This document shows positions 57,034 to 64,000 of a stretch of 64,000 bases of DNA, piece after piece. The notes beneath the pieces were generated by a model. It searched no databases. It was not told the origin of the DNA and saw only the letters and a program-made list of their open reading frames with translations. The stretch covers positions 407 through 64,406 of the forward strand of contig JANPEF010000011.1 in NCBI GenBank assembly GCA_031431875.1, written 5' to 3'. Each line of letters begins with the position of its first letter. Within the stretch, counting starts at the first letter, position 1. The position numbers and the translations under genes are program-made. Source of the stretch: Candidatus Eiseniibacteriota bacterium (GTDB lineage Bacteria; Eisenbacteria; RBG-16-71-46; DASYSL01).

Positions 57034-58395
57034 ATGAAAGCTGCTGGAATCACGTTTCTCGTCGCAGCCCTGATTACGGGTGCGACCGGCTGTTCCGAGA
57101 GTCCGCTGACGATGAATCGTGCCGATCTGGGACTCGCCCCCGCCAAGGGTCGCGGACCGACGGTCCCGGGGGGCGGGGATTGCGGCGATCTGCCGACGGC
57201 ACCGCTCGAACAGCGCGTCGATCTCTACGTCCCTACGTTCGCGCGTCCGACGGCCGTGACGAATCCGCTGTTCCCGATCGCCAGTCTCGAGCGCACGCTG
57301 CTACTCGGAAAAGTCGACGGGGCGGACTTCCGTGTCGAGGCGACACTGCTCTCGCGCACCCGGTCGATCAGCGCCGATGGCCGAACGGTGGAAGCGCTGG
57401 TGTCCCAGTACGTCGCGTGGATCGACGGGCGAATCGAGGAGGTGGCGATCGATTGGTACGCCCAGGACGACCAGGGTGCCGTGTGGTACCTCGGTGAGGA
57501 CGTCTTCAATTACGAGGATGGGCGCGTCGCCGACACGGACGGGACGTGGCTCGCCGGGCGCGATGGCCCGATGGCGATGATCATGCCGGCGGCGCCCCGG
57601 GCCGGCGATGCGTGGCGCCCCGAGAACATCTGCGGCTTCGTCTTCGAGGAGGTCACGGCGACTGCAACCGGGGTCACGGTTGCGGGCCCGGTGGGTCCGG
57701 TCGTGGGTGCGCTGGTCACGCGCGAGCTGCACATGGACGGATCGTTCGAGGACAAGACGTTCGCCCCGGGGTATGGCGAGTTCTCGACCGGATCCGGGGG
57801 GAATCTCGAGGCGCTCGCGCTGGCGATCCCGATCGATGCCGCATCCGGGTCGACCCCGGTCGAGCTCGAACGGATCGAGGAGGCGACGGAGGAGATCTTC
57901 CGCGTCGCGCGGACCGGAGACTGGGCCGTCGTGGCGGCGCTCGTCACCGACGTCGACGCCGCGTGGAGCGCGCTCCGTGCGCAGGGCGCCCCCGGGATGA
58001 TCGCCGCTGAAATGGACGCCCGCGTCGCTGTGTTGGTGGCCGCGTCGGGCGGCCACGATGCGGCGGCGACGCGCCAGGCGAGTATCGCCGTGGCGCGCAG
58101 CGGGCTCGACCTCGCCTTGCGCTATGAGCCGCGCCACGAAGTCGATCTCGATCACATCGAACTGTGGGCCCGCCAGCTCGTGCTCGACACGGCCGCGCGC
58201 AATCGCGCGGGAGCCCTGAGCGATCACGTCTCGATCAAGCTCGTCCGCGAACGGCTGTCGCGTCCGCTCGACCGCGATCTCGCCGTCCGGATCGACGCCG
58301 TCGAGGCGGCGGCGCGCTCCGGGGACGCCGACGCGGCGGCTGCCGCGGTCGAGCGGCTGCAGGAGTCGAGGGCAGGCGGATCCGCTCGCAAGTGA
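57034..58395 (+). CDS. lipoprotein of unknown function. N-terminal domain paralogous to 53994..54713. C-terminal Ala-rich helical region.
   Basis: ATG at 57034 with an AGGAGGA RBS. Lipobox LITGATGCSES. Shared motif AIDWYAQDDQGAVWYLGEDVFNYEDGR versus TVTWYAQDRAGNVWIFGEDAREFLRGDR. Confidence 0.6.
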   Translation: MKAAGITFLVAALITGATGCSESPLTMNRADLGLAPAKGRGPTVPGGGDCGDLPTAPLEQRVDLYVPTFARPTAVTNPLFPIASLERTLLLGKVDGADFRVEATLLSRTRSISADGRTVEALVSQYVAWIDGRIEEVAIDWYAQDDQGAVWYLGEDVFNYEDGRVADTDGTWLAGRDGPMAMIMPAAPRAGDAWRPENICGFVFEEVTATATGVTVAGPVGPVVGALVTRELHMDGSFEDKTFAPGYGEFSTGSGGNLEALALAIPIDAASGSTPVELERIEEATEEIFRVARTGDWAVVAALVTDVDAAWSALRAQGAPGMIAAEMDARVAVLVAASGGHDAAATRQASIAVARSGLDLALRYEPRHEVDLDHIELWARQLVLDTAARNRAGALSDHVSIKLVRERLSRPLDRDLAVRIDAVEAAARSGDADAAAAAVERLQESRAGGSARK

Positions 58396-58518
58396 GTCGG
58401 TGCGAACGGGTGCCGGGCGGACTTGTTCCGCCCGGTGCCTCGTTCCGCACGCCGGGCGCCAGAAGTTCACCTCGAGGTCGGCAGCCACGATCGGGCCGGT
58501 CGCGACGACTGGAATCCG

Positions 58519-58934
58519 TCAGCGAGCTGCGGCGGTCGCCAGTTCCCGCACGCGCTTCAGGTGCGCTGCGGTCAGGGGCACGATCGACAATCGCGTGATG
58601 CGGATGAGGTCCGTCGTGGCGAGCAGCGGATCGGCGCGGAACGCGGCGAGCGGCACGGGCGCGGGGAGCGCGGCGTCGGCTGCGAGGTCGACGACCACGA
58701 GCTTCGGATCGTCGTGCGCGGGATCGGGGTAGGGGGCGCGGACGACCTTCGCCAGGCCGACGGCGCGCTTCTCGTTTCCGGTGTGATAGACGACGACCGC
58801 ATCACCCACCTTCACCGCACGCAGGTGGATGAGCGCGGTGGCGTTCCTCACGCCGTCCCAGCGCACGACCTTCTTCGCGCGCAGGTCGTCGAACGAGAAC
58901 TCGGAGGGTTCGGTCTTGAACAGCCAGGCAGCCA
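58519..58934 (-). CDS. EVE (PUA-like) domain protein
   Basis: Putative GTG start (VAAWLFKTEP). The EVE signature is WLFKTEPSEFSFDDL...VRWDGVRNATA...GDAVVVYHTG. It sits 19 nt downstream of rnd. Confidence 0.6.
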
Positions 58935-58952
58935 CGATTGCGCCGTCCGGGC

Positions 58953-60140
58953 TCAGCGCGGCTCGGCGTGGACGTGGCCGGTGTCGGCGTCGATCCGCAG
59001 CGTGGCGCGTCCCTCGAGGAAGGCGACCAGCTCGTCGCCGATCAGGTCGCGACGCCAGCCGGCGAGCAGCAGCGGCGCGTGCTCGCGGCGGCGGCGGCTG
59101 TCCTTGCCGTCCTTGCCCTCGCGGACGGCGTCGATCAGCGCGGCCAGGTCGGCGCGCGTGCCGAGGTAGGACGGCGCGATCTCGTGCTCGAGCGCGCGGG
59201 CGCGCAGGACGACCTCGAGCAGGTCGACGGTGATCGAGAAGCGATCGTCCTCGGCGCGCACCGGGTCGAGGCGCGGACAATCGTCGTCGGCGACGGCCAG
59301 CCCGCGCCGCACGGCTTCGACGAGCCCGGGGCCGGAGCGTGCCAGCTCCCGCGGGTGCAGCGTGCGCAGGGGCTTGAGGTCGTCGGGCTTCCTGGGCGAG
59401 CGGCGCGCGATCTCGACCAGCGTCTCGTCGGCCACGATGCGGCCGCGCGGTTCATCGCGACGCTGCGCCTCCTCCTCGCGCCACATCGCGAGTTCGCGCA
59501 GGAGGGCGAGGCCGCGGCGGTCGAGCGAGCGCATGCGCGAGATCCGCAGCCACAGCGTCTGCGGGTCGCGCTCGTAGGTCTCCTTGTCCTCGTAGTGCAC
59601 GACTTCCTCGCGCAACCATTCGTTGCGGCCGCGCTCGGTGAGGCGGGTCCACAGCCCGGCCCTGAGGTCGTGCAGGTAGCGGACGTCGTCGAGCGCGTAG
59701 TCGACCTGCGCCTTGGACAGCGGCCGGATCGACCAGTCGGTAATCGTCTCGCCCTTCTTCACGCGCTTGCCCAGCATGCGCCCGATCAGGTTGGCGTACC
59801 CGATCTGGTCGCCCATGCCGATGAGCGCCGCGGCGACCTGGGTGTCGAACACGTTGCGCGGCAGGAGGCCCGAGCGGGCGAACACGATCTCCATGTCCTG
59901 GGCGCCGGCGTGGACGATCTTCTCGACCGCTGGATCGGCGACGAGGTCCCACAGCGGACCGAGTTCGGGCAGGGCGAGGGGATCGATGAGGAGGGGCCGG
60001 TCGGGGAGCGAGACCTGGACCAGCTGCAGCTTGGGCCGGTAGGTGCGCTCGCGCTGGAATTCCATGTCGAGGCCGAACGTGCCGTGGGCACGCAGCTCGG
60101 CGACGAGCGACACGAGTTCGGGTGTGGTGGTGATGAACAT
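58953..60140 (-). CDS. rnd: ribonuclease D (DEDDy 3'-5' exonuclease + HRDC)
   Basis: Exo motifs FGLDMEF (Exo I), VHAGAQDMEIV (Exo II), and YALDDVRYL (Exo III with Tyr). A C-terminal HRDC-like region. Confidence 0.85.
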   Translation of the reverse strand: MFITTTPELVSLVAELRAHGTFGLDMEFQRERTYRPKLQLVQVSLPDRPLLIDPLALPELGPLWDLVADPAVEKIVHAGAQDMEIVFARSGLLPRNVFDTQVAAALIGMGDQIGYANLIGRMLGKRVKKGETITDWSIRPLSKAQVDYALDDVRYLHDLRAGLWTRLTERGRNEWLREEVVHYEDKETYERDPQTLWLRISRMRSLDRRGLALLRELAMWREEEAQRRDEPRGRIVADETLVEIARRSPRKPDDLKPLRTLHPRELARSGPGLVEAVRRGLAVADDDCPRLDPVRAEDDRFSITVDLLEVVLRARALEHEIAPSYLGTRADLAALIDAVREGKDGKDSRRRREHAPLLLAGWRRDLIGDELVAFLEGRATLRIDADTGHVHAEPR

Positions 60141-60197
60141 GGGATGGAGACGGTCGAGGCGCGACCCGTCGGGCCGCGCCTCGGTATCCGTCCGGCT

Positions 60198-61829
60198 CTA
60201 CTCCTCTTCCTTCGCCTGGCGCTCGCGGGCCCGGCGGAATGCATCCGCGAACACACTGTCGGCCGGGGGACCGTCGCCGCGCGGTTCGTTCTGGCTCGAG
60301 CTCCAGCGCACCTCGGTGCGCGGACCGCTGCTGGCGCTGCCGAAGCCGCCCCGCGGACCGCGGAACTCGCCCCCGCGATCGCCGCCGCCCGTGCGGCCAC
60401 CGCCGCGCCCGGCGCCACCGCCGCGGCTATCGCCACGAGCGCCTTCGCCACGATCCCGGCCGCCGCCACCACCAGCGCCGCCACGGCCGCCGCGGCTACC
60501 ACCGCCACCGCCGCCGCCACCTCCACGCTCTCCGCGCTCGCCACGTTCGCCACCGCGTTCGCCACCGCGTTCGCCGACCATCTCGTAGCCGCCGGCGGGC
60601 TCGTCGAACGACGGCGCCTCGAGGGCGGCGATGCTCAGCGAAATGCGCTTTGCCGCGGGGTCGATGCGCGTGACCTTGGCTTCCACTTCCTGTCCGATCG
60701 AGACGACGTCCTTGGGGTGGACGACGCGACGTCGCGCCAGCTGCGAGACGTGCACGAGGCCGTCGACGCCGGGAAAGATCTCGACGAATGCGCCGAAGTC
60801 CATGACCCGGAGGACCGGGCCCTTGACCACGTCGCCTTCCTTGATGCGCGTCTCGAGCGTCGACCACGGATCGGCCTCGGCCGCCTTGATCGAGAGCGAG
60901 ATGCGCTCCTTCTTGCCCTCGCCCAGGTGCTCGAGCTTGAGGACCTTGACGTGGACCTTTTGGCCGATCTGCAGCACCTCGGACGGATCGCCGACGCGCT
61001 TGTGCGAGATCTCCGAGACGTGGACGAGCCCCTGGATGCCGCCGATGTCGATGAATGCGCCGAACGGCAGGAGCCGCGTCACCGCGCCCTCGAACGACTG
61101 GCCGGGAGCCAGCCCGCCGCGCACATCCTCGGCCTGCTTCGCGCGCTCGCCCTTGAGCAGCGCCTTGCGCGACAGCACGACGCGGCGGCCCTTCTCGGCC
61201 ACGTCGAGGACCTTGAACTGCATGGTCTGGCCGACGTACTGCGAGCCATCGCCGACCGGGCCCATGTCCATCTGCGAGAACGGGCAGAAGCCGCGCACGC
61301 CGCCGAGCATGATCTCGAAGCCGCCGGAGTTCGTGCCCTTGACCCGGCCCTCGACCGGCGTTTCGCTCTTCTGGGCGTCGATGAGGACCTGCAGGTTCGC
61401 GTCGACCCGCTTGACCACGAGCGCGAGCGTCACCTGTCCGTCGATCGAGGTGACGGTGGCGTCGATCGTGTCGCCCACCTTCTTCGTCACGTTGCCGTCG
61501 TCATCCTTGATGTGCCCGATCCCGAGCGCGCCCTCGGCACGACCGCCGAAGTCGATGAACGCCGCGTCGGTGGTGATGGAGACGATCTTCCCCTTCACCT
61601 TGTCGCCCACCTTCGTTTCCTTCCCCGCGGCCGCACCCCCTGCGTCGGTCGCCGCGAGCATCGCGGCGAACTCGCTCGACGCCGGAGCGTCGTCGTCGGC
61701 CAGCGGCACGGATGCCGGTTCGGCCGGAGCGGGGGTAGCCGGCGTCTCCGCGGCGGGAGACGACGACTGAACGGCGTCCGACGAGACGTCGTCGGACGAG
61801 GTGGCGGAATCGATGGGCTGCTCGTGCAT
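60198..61829 (-). CDS. S1-domain RNA-binding protein (ribosomal protein bS1-like, four S1 domains) with an acidic N-terminal extension and a C-terminal RGG/Gly-Arg-rich tail
   Basis: Repeated S1 motifs (GKIVSITTDAAFIDFG, GRVKGTNSGGFEIMLGG, GAVTRLLPFGAFIDIGG, GPVLRVMDFGAFVEIFPG). The tail is GERGGERGGERGERGERGGGGGGGGGSRGGRGG. Confidence 0.8.
   Translation of the reverse strand: MHEQPIDSATSSDDVSSDAVQSSSPAAETPATPAPAEPASVPLADDDAPASSEFAAMLAATDAGGAAAGKETKVGDKVKGKIVSITTDAAFIDFGGRAEGALGIGHIKDDDGNVTKKVGDTIDATVTSIDGQVTLALVVKRVDANLQVLIDAQKSETPVEGRVKGTNSGGFEIMLGGVRGFCPFSQMDMGPVGDGSQYVGQTMQFKVLDVAEKGRRVVLSRKALLKGERAKQAEDVRGGLAPGQSFEGAVTRLLPFGAFIDIGGIQGLVHVSEISHKRVGDPSEVLQIGQKVHVKVLKLEHLGEGKKERISLSIKAAEADPWSTLETRIKEGDVVKGPVLRVMDFGAFVEIFPGVDGLVHVSQLARRRVVHPKDVVSIGQEVEAKVTRIDPAAKRISLSIAALEAPSFDEPAGGYEMVGERGGERGGERGERGERGGGGGGGGGSRGGRGGAGGGGGRDRGEGARGDSRGGGAGRGGGRTGGGDRGGEFRGPRGGFGSASSGPRTEVRWSSSQNEPRGDGPPADSVFADAFRRARERQAKEEE
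60290..60600 (-). repeat. coding tandem repeat (12-nt units gccaccgcgttc/gccacgttc) encoding the GERG/RGG tail
   Basis: Visible DNA periodicity: ctcgccacgttcgccaccgcgttcgccaccgcgttcgcc. Confidence 0.5.
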
Positions 61830-62088
61830 TGGAATCCTCAGGGAGAGATCGTCGGTAGCGGGAGCCTTGGAGGGCAGTCAGACGCTCAAGACTAACAGGA
61901 TCGGCGCGGTTTAGAAAGCCCCGCCGGGGGGTCTCCCCGGAATGCGATCGCCCCCGGTCGGCCGGTGCCCGGCCGGAGGTTCGACCTGAAACGCCCCGGC
62001 GGGGGAAGCTTTCCCCCGGCCGATTCCCCTTGCTAGACTGCGCTCTCGATCGCCTCGTCGTGTTCGGCCCCGCTCTCCGGAGACTCGC

Positions 62089-64000
62089 ATGCCCGTCACC
62101 ACGCCTGCCCTCAAGACCGTCCATCCCGCCGCGCGCAACGGCGGCCGTGCGTTCACCGCCGAGGACTTGTGGGCCATACCCCGGGTCGGGGCGCCGTCCG
62201 CAGCCCCTGACGGGACCTGGGCCATCGTGCCCGTGACCACGTACGACCTGGAGAAGAACGAGGGGAAGACGCGGTTGTGGATGGTCTCGGCGACGGGCGC
62301 ATTCGAGCCGCGAGCGCTCACCGCGCCGGACACTGCGGCGAGCGCGCCGCGGGTCTCGCCGGACGGTACGCGGGTCGCGTTCCTGCGCAAGAAGGAGAAG
62401 ACCGAGAAGCCGCAGCTCCACGTCCTGCCTCTTGAAGGTGGCGAGGCCGAGAAGGTGACGGACCTGCCGCTCGGCGCGATGGACCCGCGGTGGTTTCCGG
62501 ACGGCAAGCGGATCGCGTTCCTCTCGTCGGTGCTGAAGGGCCACCTGACGCTCGAGGCGACGAAGGCCGAGCTCGAGGTGCGGGAGAAGAACCCGGTGAA
62601 GGCGCACGTCACCGAGGACCGCGTCTACCGCTTCTGGGACACGTGGCTCGACACCGGCGAGGTGCCGCACCTGTTCGTGCTCGACCTCGAGACGCGCCTG
62701 CTCACCGACCTCACGCCCGACTCGACGCGCTGGTGGGACTGGCAGGATCCCGAAGGTCAGTACGACATCAGCCCCGACGGTGCCGAGATCGCGTTCACCG
62801 TCGACACCAGCGCGCCGCCCCACTCGCACGTGCGCTGGGGCCTGTTCACCGTGCCGACCGCCGGCGGTCCCGCGAAGCTGCTCACGCCCGGCCATCCGGC
62901 CGACGACCAGCGCCCGCGCTACAGCCCCGACGGCGCCGCGATCGTCTACGGCGCGCAGACCGAGCCGTTCTTCTACGCCGACCGCGTGAAGCTCATGCGC
63001 TACGACCGCAAGTCCGGCGTGCACACCGAGCTGTGCGCCGGCTGGGATCGCTCCGCCTCGGGCTGGGAGTTCGACGGCCCCGGCCGCATCGTCCTGATCG
63101 CCGAGGACGCTGCGCGTACCAAGGTCTGGCGCGTGGCGGCGACCGGCGGCACCCCTGAGGCGGTGATGCCGAGCGGGGACTCGCACTGCCTCACCGTCGC
63201 GGGCGGAACGCTGTGGTTCACCAACCAGACGCAGGGGCAGCCGACCGAGGTGTGGACGGCGACCGCGAGCGGGGGCGCGAAGGTGGCGACCACGTTCACC
63301 AAGAAATCGCTCGTGGGCCTCGCCTTCGGCGAGGTGCAGGAGTTCGAGTTCGAGGGCGCGCGCGGCGACTCGGTGCAGGCGTACGTGATCCTGCCGCCGA
63401 ACTTCGATGCGAAACAGAAGTGGCCGCTCCTCCACCTGATCCACGGCGGGCCGCACGGCGCGTTCAGCGACCACTTCCACCCGCGCTGGAACGGGCAGGC
63501 GTTCGCCGCTGCGGGGTATGTCGTCCTCATGGTCAACTTCCACGGCTCCACGTCGTGGGGGCAGGAGTTCGCGCAGTGCATCCAGGGGCACTGGGGCGAC
63601 TACCCGATGACCGACATCGAGAACGGCACCGACGCGATGATCGCGACCGGGTACATCGACGCGAAGCGCATGGCAATCACCGGCGGCAGCTACGGCGGCT
63701 ACCTCGTGTCGTGGATCGGCGCGCACACGGATCGCTACGCCTGCATCGTCAACCACGCGGGCGTCTACAACACGCAGGCGCAGTACGCCAGCGACATGAC
63801 GCAGGGCCGGCACAAGGCGTTCGGGGGCGAGCCGTGGGACGGCCTCGACCAGATCGACCGCTGGAACCCGGCGCGTTTCGCGAAGGGCATGAACACGCCG
63901 ATGTTGGTCGTCCACGGCGAGCTCGATTACCGCGTGCCCATCGACCAGGGCCTCGAGTGCTACAACGTGCTGCAGGGGAAGGGCGTGCCGGCGCGACTGG
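62089..64000 (+). CDS. S9-family serine peptidase (acylaminoacyl-peptidase/DPP-like; N-terminal beta-propeller + alpha/beta-hydrolase), 3' end outside the window
   Basis: ATG at 62089. Propeller repeats (SPDGTRVAF, FPDGKRIAF, SPDGAEIAF, SPDGAAIVY). Catalytic Ser motif ITGGSYGGYL and downstream Asp/His context. No stop before the window end. Confidence 0.8.
   Translation, partial: MPVTTPALKTVHPAARNGGRAFTAEDLWAIPRVGAPSAAPDGTWAIVPVTTYDLEKNEGKTRLWMVSATGAFEPRALTAPDTAASAPRVSPDGTRVAFLRKKEKTEKPQLHVLPLEGGEAEKVTDLPLGAMDPRWFPDGKRIAFLSSVLKGHLTLEATKAELEVREKNPVKAHVTEDRVYRFWDTWLDTGEVPHLFVLDLETRLLTDLTPDSTRWWDWQDPEGQYDISPDGAEIAFTVDTSAPPHSHVRWGLFTVPTAGGPAKLLTPGHPADDQRPRYSPDGAAIVYGAQTEPFFYADRVKLMRYDRKSGVHTELCAGWDRSASGWEFDGPGRIVLIAEDAARTKVWRVAATGGTPEAVMPSGDSHCLTVAGGTLWFTNQTQGQPTEVWTATASGGAKVATTFTKKSLVGLAFGEVQEFEFEGARGDSVQAYVILPPNFDAKQKWPLLHLIHGGPHGAFSDHFHPRWNGQAFAAAGYVVLMVNFHGSTSWGQEFAQCIQGHWGDYPMTDIENGTDAMIATGYIDAKRMAITGGSYGGYLVSWIGAHTDRYACIVNHAGVYNTQAQYASDMTQGRHKAFGGEPWDGLDQIDRWNPARFAKGMNTPMLVVHGELDYRVPIDQGLECYNVLQGKGVPARL

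Overview
This is a 64 kb window of very high-GC (~70%) bacterial chromosome with densely packed genes and frequent ATGA/GTGA start-stop overlaps. Several secreted proteins carry C-terminal FlgD-Ig-like sorting-type tails, and a Ser/Thr-kinase-STAND protein is present. This points to Gemmatimonadota or a related FCB-group or candidate phylum (inference).

The window contains:
(1) A beta-1,3-glucan (laminarin-type) utilisation locus at about 2.9-24.4 kb. It holds GH16, GH17, GH1, CBM-bearing secreted proteins, a very large (alpha/alpha)6-barrel-like putative phosphorylase, a ROK regulator, and an Opp/Dpp-family ABC transporter whose second ATPase is split off onto the other strand.
(2) A compact lipid/N-acyl-amide-like biosynthetic cassette at 25.7-30.4 kb. 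It comprises a methyltransferase::PIG-L deacetylase fusion, a dedicated ACP, an SDR, an AMP-ligase and a GNAT-like acyltransferase. I consider this the most likely undescribed system.
(3) Regulatory and stress genes: a GAF-PP2C phosphatase, OxyR, an aldo/keto reductase and a Ser/Thr-kinase-NB-ARC-TPR protein.
(4) Two tandem paralogous secreted proteins, followed by type II NADH dehydrogenase (NDH-2).
(5) A ~1.4 kb low-GC island carrying a single AAA+/STAND-like ATPase, inserted immediately next to the arg operon.
(6) An argR-argC-argB-argD-argG-GNAT-argF operon with a palindromic ARG-box-like operator.
(7) An HD-GYP response regulator, a PQQ-type sugar dehydrogenase with a FlgD-like tail, and a two-component system flanked by paralogous secreted proteins and a small outer-membrane beta-barrel.
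(8) An EVE-domain protein, RNase D, an S1-domain protein with an RGG tail, and a partial S9 peptidase.

No tRNA, rRNA, CRISPR array or transposase was recognised. Many of the long ORFs in the track are opposite-strand or read-through artefacts of GC-rich DNA, so gene starts were re-assigned from signal peptides, RBSs and start-stop overlaps.
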